In this document: piece after piece, positions 48,600 through 60,490 of the stretch
Layout of the letters: the number at the start of each line of letters is the position of its first letter
Position numbering within the stretch: position 1 is the stretch's first letter
Translations under genes and position numbers: made by a program
The notes under the pieces: model-generated
The model's input: only the letters and a program-made list of their open reading frames with translations
The model's database searches: none
What the model was told of the DNA's origin: nothing
Origin: Ranitomeya imitator
Lineage: Eukaryota
Reading direction: 5' to 3'
Length of the DNA: 64,000 bases
Assembly: GCF_032444005.1 (NCBI RefSeq)
Contig: NC_091282.1
Location: 60,636,001 to 60,700,000 of the forward strand

Positions 48600-50650
48600 C
48601 TCTTTCATGCAAAACAGCCATGTTCCGGCACAAAGATAAATACAGCAGGAAAGTACAGTACTTATGACAGGTCAATACTCTGGCAGGTATACATCCAACA
48701 CCCCAGCAGGTATATACATCCTCTACTCTGGCAGGTATACATCGGCCCCCACACAGGTCATTGTGAGATATCTTCAGTTCCCACATTCTGGTAGACTGTC
48801 CACCATTAAACAGTCCTTTTTCTCTCTAGGACCAAAGACTGCTCAGCTTCTCAGCTATCTCTCCAGTCACTCCATTAAGGCTACGTTCACATTGGCGTTC
48901 CGCCAATGTGCGTCGCTGTTGCGCCGGCGACGCAGCGATGACGCAGCGGCGACGCAGCGGCGACGCGCCCCTATGTTTAACATAGGGGACGCGTGCGTCG
49001 TTTTGGTGGCGTTTTTCGCCACGTGCGTCGTTTCCGACGCTAGCGTCGGACGCAAGAAAACGCTACATGTGGCATTTTCTGTGCGTCCGATTTTCGTCGG
49101 AAAACGAAAACGTTTTTGCGCGCGTTTGCGCGCGTTTTAGCGTACGTCGCGCGTTGCGTCGCCGACGCACGGCGGCGCAACGCTAATGTGAACGTAGCCT
49201 TAGAGAGATGTCCTCATGTCTCTCTTCCAGATACAACTCACTTTGCTGGTCACATATGAGCTTTAATACACTCAATGTCCAGCAGACTCACTGACTCACC
49301 AGCAGCACATGTGGAACCCACTTCATGGTTCTTAGCAAAATACAGCAGGTGCACTCCTAATCAATACCTGCAGTGCTAGGACTTAACCCTCACCTACCTG
49401 GCTTTCCTCCATACCCTCCCCAACTGCCCAAAGCCAAGAGTTGGGCACTAAGATCTGGGCACTATCTGCCAACCCCCAGTGCATACAGAGATCACATTGA
49501 TCCAAGCATGAGGCTCATGCCCAGACAATTTCAGAAAACAAATGTTGTCTTCCCCTCAGGGTTAACACAATATACACATTTCACAAAGGGCTCTGCTATC
49601 TACAATTTACATGCAGAGCTCTGCTGTATGCATATTACAAAGAGACTCACTGCCTACAACATGCTGTCAGTCTAGTACTAAAAGCAAACTCACAACACCT
49701 GCACAAGTACCACACCATTCTGCAGACACACAGTCCCACATAGTGCACACTGCACACAGTAATACACAATGCCACTTCGGAGGACACTAAACCACAGCCC
49801 ATGTCTATGTCAACCTGGGCCACGGGATAGTTCCCGACATCTCCATGAACACACCTCACCCCTATCCCAGGGACTAGCACTTGCGGTAGTCTGGCCTCTT
49901 CCAGAGTCACCAAATTCCCTGAGTCCTGAGGTCCATTTACAGTTACAGGCCATACCTGAGGCCCCTCACCAGGATGAGAAACAATGATGCAGGCAGGGTA
50001 GGCAAAGTAGGAGTTGAATCGGCAAATGCTGCAGTCCATTGGTTCTGGTATCTGGTTAGTTCACCATCTTTCTATACCAAGGTGCTATGTGAACATTTTC
50101 CCGCAGTTTCTGGGGACCCCGGTTCTCCTCCATGCTTACACTGTTTTTGTACCGCTGTAGCTCTATGGTTGCAGCCTGACAGAGAGACACGGCCACCACC
50201 AGTGGCACGTAACACTCATGGGAGCAATGGTAAGCCTTGGACAGTGTTCACGCAGGCAAAGTTTTAGTCCAATAATGAAAGGTTTATTAGCTCCACAAAT
50301 CCGGAGGGATGTTAACGCAAATCAGTCGTGCTACGGCACAAAGGTAAACACAGCAGTACATAAGGCAGGTATTCATCCGATTCTTTGGCAGTAATATGTT
50401 CAGTAAGAGATCTCTCCAGTTCCCACGCTCTGGTTAAATGTCCACCATTAAATGATCCTCTTTCTCTGTAGCACCAAAGATTGCTCTGCTCCTCAGCTGA
50501 CTCCCCAATCCTTCTGTTCAGAGAGAGACCCTCACTTGTCTCCCAGCCACAGCTCGCATCTTGGCTAGTCACTCACCAGCTCCAAGAAACTTCAGCTTCA
50601 TTGTCAAGCAGACTCACTGGCTCACCAGCAGCACACGCTGAACCCGTATA
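48600..50650 (-). mobile_element. Short deleted Gypsy-type LTR element (protease relic between two diverged direct repeats)
   Basis: Shared blocks CCACCATTAAA..CCAAAGA(C/T)TGCTC and GCAGACTCACTG(A/G)CTCACCAGCAGCACA near 48.8/49.3 kb and 50.45/50.6 kb; ORF 49647-50039 with VTVNG..DSGNLVTL..CVHGD..YP. Confidence 0.55.
48879..49199. mobile_element. PIF/Harbinger-type MITE, CpG-rich
   Basis: TIR GGCTACGTTCACATT / AATGTGAACGTAGCC; TWA flanks (TAA/TTA). Confidence 0.85.
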
Positions 50651-50688
50651 TATATGTATATATATATATATATATATATCTATATATA

Positions 50689-52337
50689 CAGTTAGGGCCA
50701 GAAATATTTGGACAGTGACACAATTTTCGCGAGTTGGGCTCTGCATGCCACCACATTGGATTTGAAATGAAACCTCTACAACAGAATTCAAGTGCAGATA
50801 GTAACGTTTAATTTGAAGGGTTGAACAAAAATATCTGATAGAAAATGTAGGAATTGTACACATTTCTTTACAAACACTCCACATTTTAGGAGGTCAAAAG
50901 TAATTGGACAAATAAACATAACCCAAACAAAATATTTTTATTTTCAATATTTTGTTGCAAATCCTTTGGAGGCAATCACTGCCTTAAGTCTGGAACCCAT
51001 GGACATCACCAAACGCTGGGTTTCCTCCTTCTTAATGCTTTGCCAGGCCTTTACAGCCGCAGCCTTCAGGTCTTGCTTGTTTGTGGGTCTTTCCGTCTTA
51101 AGTCTGGATTTGAGCAAGTGAAATGCATGCTCAATTGGGTTTAGATCTGGAGATTGACTTGGCCATTGCAGAATGTTCCACTTTTTGGCACTCATGAACT
51201 CCTGGGTAGCTTTGGCTGTATGCTTGGGGTCATTGTCCATCTGTACTATGAAGCGCCGTCCAATCAACTTTGCAGCATTTGGCTGAATCTGGGCTGAAAG
51301 TATATCCCGGTAAACTTCAGAATTCATCCGGCTACTCTTGTCTGCTCTTATGTCATCAATAAACACAAGTGACCCAGTGCCATTGAAAGCCATGCATGCC
51401 CATGCCATCACGTTGCCTCCACCATGTTTTACAGAGGATGTGGTGTGCCTTGGATCATGTGCCGTTCCCTTTCTTCTCCAAACTTTTTTCTTCCCATCAT
51501 TCTGGTACAGGTTGATCTTTGTCTCATCTGTCCATAGAATACTTTTCCAGAACTGAGCTGGCTTCTTGAGGTGTTTTTCTGCAAATTTAACTCTGGCCTG
51601 TCTATTTTTGGTATTGATGAATGGTTTGCATCTAGATGTGAACCCTTTGTATTTACTGTCATGGAGTCTTCTCTTTACTGTTGACTTAGAGACAGATACA
51701 CCTACTTCACTGAGAGTGTTCTGGACTTCAGTTGATGTTGTGAACGGGTTCTTCTTCACCAAATTAAGTATGCGGTGATCATCCACCACTGTTGTCATCC
51801 GTGGACGCCCAGGCCTTTTTGAGTTCCCAAGCTCACCAGTCAATTCCTTTTTTCTCAGAATGTACCCAACTGTTGATTTTGCTACTCCAAGCATGTCTGC
51901 TATCTCTCTGATGGATTTTTTCTTTTTTTTCAGCCTCAGGATGTTCTGCTTCACCTCAATTGAGAGTTCCTTTGACCGCATGTTGTCTGCTCACAGCAAC
52001 AGCTTCCAAATGCAAAACCACACACCTGGAATCCACCCCTGACCTTTTAACTACTTCATTGATTACAGGTTAACGAGGGAGACGCCTTCAGAGTTAATTG
52101 CAGCCCTTAGAGTCCATTGTCCAATTACTTTTGGTCCCTTGAAAAAGAGGACGCTATGCATTACAGAGCTATGATTCCTAAACCCTTTCTCCGATTTGTA
52201 TGTGGAAACTATCATATTGCAGCTGGGAGTGTGCACTTTCAGCCCATATTATATATATAATTGTATTTCTGAACATGTTTTTGTAAACAGCTAAAATAAC
52301 AAAACTTGTGTCACTGTCCAAATATTTCTGGCCCTAA

Positions 52338-52340
<3 letters not shown>
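50689..52340 (-). mobile_element. Full-length Tc1 (DD34E) element, potentially active
   Basis: Perfect 35-bp TIR CAGTTAGGGCCAGAAATATTTGGACAGTGACACAA; inner repeats AAAAGTAATTGGACAA; inserted in a (TA)n run; 1652 bp. Confidence 0.96.
50944..51981 (-). CDS. Intact Tc1 transposase, 345 aa
   Basis: HTH N-term, GRPR, LWTDETK, VQMDNDPKH...SPDLNPIEH (34 residues between D and E), ends ..ATKY*. Confidence 0.95.
   Translation of the reverse strand: MRSKELSIEVKQNILRLKKKKKSIREIADMLGVAKSTVGYILRKKELTGELGNSKRPGRPRMTTVVDDHRILNLVKKNPFTTSTEVQNTLSEVGVSVSKSTVKRRLHDSKYKGFTSRCKPFINTKNRQARVKFAEKHLKKPAQFWKSILWTDETKINLYQNDGKKKVWRRKGTAHDPRHTTSSVKHGGGNVMAWACMAFNGTGSLVFIDDIRADKSSRMNSEVYRDILSAQIQPNAAKLIGRRFIVQMDNDPKHTAKATQEFMSAKKWNILQWPSQSPDLNPIEHAFHLLKSRLKTERPTNKQDLKAAAVKAWQSIKKEETQRLVMSMGSRLKAVIASKGFATKY

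Positions 52341-52398
<58 letters not shown>
52341..52398. repeat. (TA)n microsatellite
   Basis: Directly visible. Confidence 0.95.
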
Positions 52399-52405
<7 letters not shown>

Positions 52406-53715
52406 TATTTATATAAACCTGAAGTCCTTGAAAGATTTTACAAAAGACAGAACATATGCACAGCGAGTCGTTCTGACATATGTTTAATATTTTTAAAGTT
52501 TATTGAGTTTTTTTTCTATGGGCTTCAGGTGGGATCACCTAAAAAGACACCATATGTGTCTTCACTTACTATTTTCACCAAAAACAGTGCGATAAATTTC
52601 ACAGGATCTGTCTTGTACTGCAGTTCTGTTCTATTGAAATAGCAGATGTTTTCCTGTTTCTAGAAGAAAGCAGCGTTGTGTTTTTTTTTCATTTCTGGTG
52701 AACCAATTTAAGACAAGATGGATTAGAAAGAAATTGCCAGACTAGAGTTTAATTGACTTCAACTATTTTAGCTCATATTTGTATTTATTCTGACTCTGTG
52801 ACTGTGGGATTTCAGAAACGGAGTAATGGTATCACTGTATGCTGTGAAGACATCATATGTTGACATGATAGTAGAAGAGTATCCACGGCTCCAGAAAACT
52901 TCATTTTAATAGACAGAACAATAATATAATCAGCCTACAAAATTCTATCATGAAAACGTAGAACCAAGCAGACAGTAGTCTGCATGGTCGAGTGATTATT
53001 ATGGACACAACAGGCCATTCAGACGCTATGGCAGAAGGATTAGATATGACAGATGGAACACAATAAACCATATAAATAGGGGTTAACATGATACACGGAT
53101 AATGTTGCGTGTGAGTCTGGAGATATCTACGTAAACGTTCAATGCTCTTATCTGACATTTGTCATGAAAAGAAAGAAGCGCATTACCAAACCTCCACAGG
53201 CAACTCTTATAATCGTCCGCCCTGACCGGCCTCCAGCCACAATCCCATTTCCATTCTTTATTTTCCCTGTTCCATTAAATTCTGTATACAGAAATGACCT
53301 TTGCATGGCAGATTTGTGATGGGAAAATGCAAGCATTCATAGTTCAGTGGAAATCAGGCTCCTATTACTGGAATGATAAACTGTAAAAGAAAAAAATGGA
53401 ACACGGGAAGATGAAAAGGAGAATAGAAAAGCAGGAAGAAAAATGAAAATGGAGACATTAGAAAGATAGCCATCACTGTCTCCAGAACGGAATACTGGAA
53501 AGCTTCATAAAAATTTTAGCTACTTGAAAGCAGGTTAGAATAATTTAGGATTTTTTTATGTGGTTTTCCTCTGTTACTGATTTTACAGATATAGGGCCCA
53601 AAGCATCATTAGCAGGTTGTTTTTTTCGTCACTTTCCTTTTTTTTCCTAATGGTATTCGCCAAAGTTTTTAAAGCCAAATTCTTCAAAATTGTTCACATG
53701 TTGATATAGAAGAGT

Positions 53716-54005
53716 TAAAGGGCGTATCCAGGCTTGTGAAGCCTGTAGTTGTTTTTTGTGACTGCAGACTTGTGAATCCTCACAGCGTGCACACTACGTG
53801 CTGTCAGGATTTGCTGACACCATGACTTGCATATTTCCGTCCACATTCTTTCTTGACGAGTCTGGCTTCATTCAATTTATTTGTATTGGATGAGGCTTGT
53901 ACGTCTAGTCAGCATGTGACCGCATGTATGCAAATATACTGGCACCAGTGAATCCTGACAGCACGCACTGCGAAGATTCACAAGTCTGCAGTCACAAAGA
54001 ATGAC
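53716..54005. mobile_element. T2/Kolobok-type fold-back MITE remnant
   Basis: TTAA|AGGGCGTATCC start; inverted arms GTGACTGCAGACTTGTGAATC / GATTCACAAGTCTGCAGTCAC. Confidence 0.65.
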
Positions 54006-55822
54006 TAGTTTCTCATTTTGTCCATTGTTTTGTCTTATATCTTTTTACATCATTTGCAATGTGTTATGGGTGGTATGATGGGAAAGGAGTGAGAACTAAA
54101 TGTTATCATGACATACACCTATGACAGAATTTTTCGATGGGGATTTCCCTCCATTATTTTAAATAGGGCCTCATTTATCACTTCCAGCTTTTCTTTTTCA
54201 TCTTGTGGTATTAATGGAAGGTTTTTGGTCCAAAATCTCCAAAATGGTGCACGTGGTTCATAAATTTTGCACAAAATAAAAAGTGTTCCAGATTTGTGTC
54301 TTATACTTTTTCTTTGCAACTTTTTAGAGCAAAAAGTCATATGTTCTGTCACAAAAAGGATAACACTCAAGTGTAAATATAATCACTCTATGGGGGAGGC
54401 TGTTATTTGCTCCAAAAGTTTGTAACTTTTTAAATTTTTGCAATTGATGAATCGTCAAAGTCATTCCACATTGACGAACATAAAAAAAACAAGAGGACAT
54501 GTATAAAATTGACTTTCACTTTAAAATAGGTGCAAATTAAAAGAATAAGAAAAAAATAATAAAAAACTGGCCAAATAAATAAAGACGGTGAAAATGCAAT
54601 AAAAAATTGGGCCTAATATCTTTAATCTACTAATGACTAAAGATTTAATTCATTGTTGTATTGCTCTTGTTTGTCTAGTTTTAGTTGTTTTTCATTTGCA
54701 TGATCTATTTGATTTGTGTTTGTCTGTTTTTTTTAAAGATTGTCATTTAAGGCTGGGATTGATTTTAACAGATATTTTTGGCTGATTCATCAATTGCAAT
54801 TCTTTTTACACAATTAAAATTTTTTGTGAAAATGTCCTCCCTCTGATGTTACAAAGATTTGATGTACTTCTTTGCATGTTTTTAGAAAATTCTGCATCAT
54901 TCTATTGCAATATGCCACTGTTTTGGCACATAAAGTCACATGTTCAGTGAAAATGTTACCCCAACCTAAAAATGAAAGTCAAAAATAAAGAGTATTTTTG
55001 ATTTTGCACAAAATGTATGAATTAAAAAAAACTCGGAACCAAAACAGTCATTGAATTCCACATACATGAATTCCACGATACACAAAAAGGCTTAAAAACA
55101 ACTTGAAATGATAAATCCTATATGTTTTACACTCGTATTAAGGCACCAACAAATGTCACCCATGTATGTTTTTTTCGAGTTGCTGATCTTTGTTCTGGCT
55201 CGAATAGAAAAAAAAAAGTTCTTTCTTCAGACTCCGTAAATGATTAGACTTCTGTAAATGACTTTTGAGCCTTGTTCTCTTTACTTATGAAAATGAGATT
55301 TTCAAAATTGCCTGCTCTGCTTTTATGCAAAAACATATATATTTGGAGCAATCATGTGTATAGGATTAGCGGCTAATCTGTGCAAACGGTATGCAGATTA
55401 ATGGAAATCAGCTTTTATCCAGGGGGATTAAAAAATCTTAGATATTTTGAAAGTCTGAAATACCGGCTGGGAAAATGAAAAAATATTGCTTTAAAGCAAA
55501 ATAGTATGCTAAAAATTTAAACAGTGTTACAAAAATTAGGGATATAAAGTAAAGCTCCCATTTTACAAAGGATATAATTGCTTTCTGCAGAAATTTTAAC
55601 ATTTTTGCTATGGAGCAATTATGGTGTAGTGCGAGCGTTACTCTCAACTGGATTAAATTAGATGAAAGAAGTGTTAAAAAAGAGAGGGCTGTGAGTGTTG
55701 TACAGCTAGCTCAAGAAAAATTGACAACATTTACATTTTTACTCTATTAAACATCTTCAAGTTTACATTTTTGTATGTAAAACAAGACTTAAAACTAACC
55801 AGTCAGCTATATCAGTGTACAG

Positions 55823-56285
55823 TATTATTATTATTGTTTATTTTGATAGCTCCATTGATTCCATGGTGCTGTACATGAGGAGGGGCTACATGCAAAAAAA
55901 AAGTTAAATTTGCAAACTAATCGTGACAGAGTGGTACAGAGGGGAGAGGTCCCTACCCTTGTGGCATTACCTTCTAAGGGATAACAGGGAAGGAGATAGT
56001 AGGATTGGGAGTTTCAAGAGCTTCAAGAGCTCCGTTGCTGGTGAAGCGGCAGCTCTAGTAGTGGCGAGGTGGCATAAGGGTAATTGCAGGCTGTCAGCTA
56101 TTCCGAAGAGATGAGTTTTCAAGTTCCTCTTGAAAGATCTGAATGTAGGGGAAAATCGGGTGTGTTGGGGCCCAAAATTCCAGAGGATGGAGGATACTAG
56201 GGAGAAGTCTTGAAGGCGATTGAGTGAGGAACATACAAGTGTGGAGGAGAGAAGGAGGTCTTGGGAGTACCAGAGATTACATGGT
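55823..56285 (-). mobile_element. L2 LINE 3' end
   Basis: (TAT)n tail followed by TTGATAGCTCCATTGATTCCATGGTGCTGTACA and purine-rich degraded ORF2 end, as typical of amphibian L2 read in reverse. Confidence 0.65.
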
Positions 56286-56380
56286 GATCCTTTGCTAGGT
56301 GAAGAGAATGGGGCATCAGACTGCGCTGATCGCCTGTCAGGATAATGTACCAGAGAAGTCCAAATAGATGTAATAGAGAA

Positions 56381-56436
56381 TAGACTTTATTTCTACACGT
56401 TTCGCGGTGATCACACCACTTCGTCAGGACAGTCTA
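56381..56436 (-). ncRNA. Putative minimal type I hammerhead ribozyme (Penelope-type)
   Basis: Minus strand: TAGACT-GTC-CTGACGA-A-GTGGTG-tgat-CACCGC-GAAA-CGTG-TA-GA-AATAA-AGTCTA. Confidence 0.6.
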
Positions 56437-56707
56437 TCATACGTGGTGGGATATAAAAGTAGTTCAGAGATATATGTGGGAGACAGATTATGGATGGCTT
56501 TGTAGGTCAGGATAAGCAGATAGAAGTGGATCTGCTTTCAGTAAATATTCGAATAATTATTATTTTCTTAGGTGTAACATATTTCTTTGTGGATAGTACC
56601 AACGTGGCATTACGGACCATTGCACTCTCCACAAGGAGCAAGGTTAACCCTTAGACCCTTAGACCCTCTGTCAGAGGCCTCTTGCGAATCCAAATTAGAT
56701 CTCTTGC

Positions 56708-56750
56708 TTTGCACTGATGAGGGGCAAACACCCTGAAACACATCTGAAAA
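56708..56750 (+). ncRNA. Putative type I hammerhead ribozyme in a retrozyme-like repeat
   Basis: TTTGCA-CTGATGA-GGGG-caaaca-CCCT-GAAA-CACA-TC-TGAAAA; helix I 5/6 paired. Confidence 0.62.
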
Positions 56751-57560
56751 ATGGAGTATCTGGTTTGACTTCTTCTCCTAACTAATGTGGCAAGGCTCGT
56801 CAAAGGGTTGATAGTGAATTTTAGGATTGCTACATCCAATAAGTGGCGGTAACGTTCAATTCCTCTTTCATGCTGAAGAAGCAGTTTGCATATTTTTTTT
56901 CTTACAATTCTTTCTGGAACAATTCCTTTGTTATTCCTGCTAGAAATATATGACACATTAACAATCATTCCCCACACACCAATTATGTGCTGACTGTCAG
57001 ACCGGGCAAGGGCAATCCTATTGAAAATTGTTGCAAATTGATGCACTCAGTTCCAAAACAGAAATAAAGGAATGACACAAAGCAAAGATGTTATTTTTTT
57101 CAACATAAAAAAAAGATTGTCCAACATTGACTACAAATATTTAACTTAAAACAGAGTGTCAGGGGAGCTGCCAAGTTCTCCTTCTATGAGCGGCTCTATG
57201 ATAACGTCCCCTATTTTCATAGTTAGAAGTTAGAAAGTGTGTCCAAATTCTCTCAGTCCACCTCTTTCTGGCTATGTATATTTCCTCTAAAGTGGCCATA
57301 CCTGTAACATATTTATTGGTAAGTTGTTGTATGCAGGAGTTGCCCTTACAGGATACCTCCCCCTCCCTATCATGTCCACATGCCCCAATAGAGCACATGG
57401 GGAACAGGCGTCATTATGTGATGGCACTCTAAAACAATCCTTGAATTGTTTAGGCTTCATTTGCTTAAATGACAAAAAAAAAAAATATGCAAATCCAATT
57501 ATTTAAAAATTTAAAATACACCATAATTCTGGTGCTTTTATAGTGCAAAAAAGTTATTAA

Positions 57561-57660
57561 AGGTGTTGTCCAGGACTTACACATTGATGACTTCCACAGA
57601 TCTCATATTGATGACCTATCCTATGGAATAGTCATCTATAAAAAGTCCTGAACAGCCAGT
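57561..57660. mobile_element. Small T2/Kolobok-type MITE remnant
   Basis: TTAA|AGGTGTTGTCCAGGACT ... AGTCCTGAACAGCCAG|TTAA. Confidence 0.6.
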
Positions 57661-60283
57661 TAATGTTTCTAAGAGGCACCATCCCACCCACCTGACCATC
57701 CATCACAGTCTGTTATAGTACACAGGAGACACATACTTTCACAACACATTTGGACAAGTATTGATAGAGGCAAATTCCCATGCTCCTAGCCACCACTGGG
57801 CTCCAAATTGTACATCACACCCATCTGCTGTTTAGGATTTATAATACTGGTGTTTTAAAATATTACTTTAACAGTATTGGTCTTTTTATGTAGACCAAAA
57901 GGGACTTTTTGATGCCCATTAAGCCTCAGAGCTCAGATGACTGCAGCACATACATCCCCTAGAGTTACGTCCCTTGTTGAATCCATTCAACTTGAAGGAA
58001 ACTGTTACTGATAGGCCTGTGGAGTTCTTTAGAGATGATTTTGGAACCTTTTCCTGCCTGATGAGCATCAACTGCATTTCTTTGCATTCCTCAGAAATTT
58101 CCTTTACATGATATGCTTCCAGAAACATTAAAAAAAAATAGGTCGCCCACTCACACCTGATTGTCAGCCTATTGGTTGTAAACACCAGACACTAATATCA
58201 CTTTCAAGTTTTCTGCTGATCCTAAAGGTTCACATACTTTTACCACTCACAGACATGTGATATTGAATCATTTACCTAATTTAAAAATTTTTTTTACAGA
58301 GTCTAATAATTTTAACTCCATTGTTTGGTTTGGTTCTCTTTGTATACTTCTAAATCATTTGAGAAAATCTGACGTAGTTTTAGGACAAATTTATGCAGAA
58401 ATCTGGAAAATTTTGAATGGTTCACAAACTTTCAAGCACCACTTTACACATGGTAATTTGTATGCCCTCTGAAGCTTTACATCCTGAGTTCCTGCAAAAT
58501 CCTCCACCAAGGTTTCCTTCACTTTAGCGCTAAAGCCTTGTTTTCAGACACATGCTGTATATAGGGGGCAGGAACATGGCATCAAACATGGAGTATGGTC
58601 CAATCAAAACAACATGTATTGATACTAAAAATCCTGAATTTCCCTGAGATCAATATTGAAATCGAAAAGGGCACAAAACAGAATGTACACTTTTATATAT
58701 TGCCAAATAGTGTAGTGTATAAGTTGACTTACCATTTTTTTCCAGCCCCACAATAATACAATGAGTCAGGTAAAGTGTTCCTTTAAGAATATATATAATT
58801 GGGAATTATTTAATGAAAACTTTTCGAAAATTCCAAAACTTCACCCAACTTTGGAATTTACTGTTCCAGATTATTATTTCCTTTAATTTACAATAGTTTT
58901 GTATTAAATGTAAATTAGTGCAAGTTCCATACAAGTGTCTGTGAGGCTCTGAATTATAATAACGTTAGATCCTGCATTTACAGTTTTGATTAACAATCTG
59001 ATGGAGAATTATTGTCAGATAGATAAATGGTCTTAAACATGAATTTTAAAATGTGATGTCACGGTGAATCACCGCGCTGCCTGCGAACACGGTCAATGGG
59101 AAATTATGGCTGGCAGCAGCAACGGAGATTAAAATTTATACATATTGGCTCATGGGACATATTTCATGTCATACATAGATCACATTTTGCTCCATAGAAG
59201 AAAGAATTTATGAAATTGCTGAATTCTATTCATGTTAAACTTCATGATGTTAGCTATATCAAATTTCAGGCAACTTTTCTATATTGATTGGCTTTGGTTT
59301 AACAATTTAATGGGAGTGTGCAAACAGGAACCGCCTAATTTTTAAAAAACTTTTTAGCAATGTTCTTTTTCTTTCCCAAATCACAATCTACATACTCCTT
59401 CCCGACATGCACCATACATATACTGCTCTGCGAGAGCTGCATTTCCGCAAAAAGAACTATATGTATGGCGGCTCGATAGCGGGGGCTCACGCTGAGCGCC
59501 GCCATGATCAGGTGCGGGTGTCAGCTCTATGTCAGAGTTGACACCCTGCAGCAATGCCCACGATCGGTGCTAGCACCAATCGCGGGTGTTTAACCCCTCT
59601 GATGCCACTGTGACAGCAACAATGAGGAGCATCGCACAGGGAGTGGGCTCCCTGTGTGCTTCCATCAGCACAATGCAATGCGATCGCATTGTGCTGATGG
59701 TCTGCATGGTGACCTCTGGCTTCAAGATGGCTGCCGAGTCCTTCAGGGATGGAGGCTTGTCAGTGCCTGCTAAGAGCAGGAGCTGACACATTTCCTTCCC
59801 TGCCTGTCAGACCTGCAGAAGCATTGCAGAGTATCAGATCAGCAATATGTTACTATACAGTGATGTCTCATCCTTGGACAATGTAAAAAAAGTTATTAAA
59901 AAGTATAAAAATATTTTTACAAAATCCCCAAATAAAGAACAAAAAAAGAAAAAATATTAAACCAATAAATACATATATAAACAAAAAAAGTACAAATATT
60001 TGGTGTTGCCGCATCTGGAATGAGCCACTCTATAAACTGTCCTACTATTTAACCCGTTCAGTGAACACCATAAAACATAAATAAAAAAAAAAAGGAAAAA
60101 GCAATGCTTTATCATCATACCCAGGGCCGGATTTAAGAGGTGGGTGGCCCGAGGCCCATTTTGGAGGGAGGCCCATTTTTCAAGGTGTTGCAATATGTAA
60201 TGCAAAAGCACAAAATGAAATGAACGCATGTTTATTTAAGAAAAACATTTACGCAGAGTAATTCAGGTAAAATCATTCATTTT

Positions 60284-60490
60284 TTACAATCCAGGCACTT
60301 GCCTTGATTTTCGTGCTGCAAAATCACTAATGATGTCACTAAAGTCCAATTCATGCAGTAGATCTGACTCGCGGCTCATGATGGCTAAATTTACAAGTTG
60401 TTCCTGCTTCATAAATGTCCTTAATCGGTTTTCAACTAATTTGAGTTTTGAGAAGGAACACTCACAGTCACCACTGCAGTTTGTTACCGT
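60284..60490 (-). pseudogene. hAT transposase C-terminal dimerisation-domain relic
   Basis: VTNCSGDCECSFSKLKLVENRLRTFMKQEQLVNLAIMS..DFAARKSR resembles the ERSFSKLK...RLR hATC motif. Confidence 0.8.

Noticed and set aside
52600-53350. Possible host-gene exon
   Set aside because: No convincing acceptor-ORF-donor combination or recognisable protein motif.
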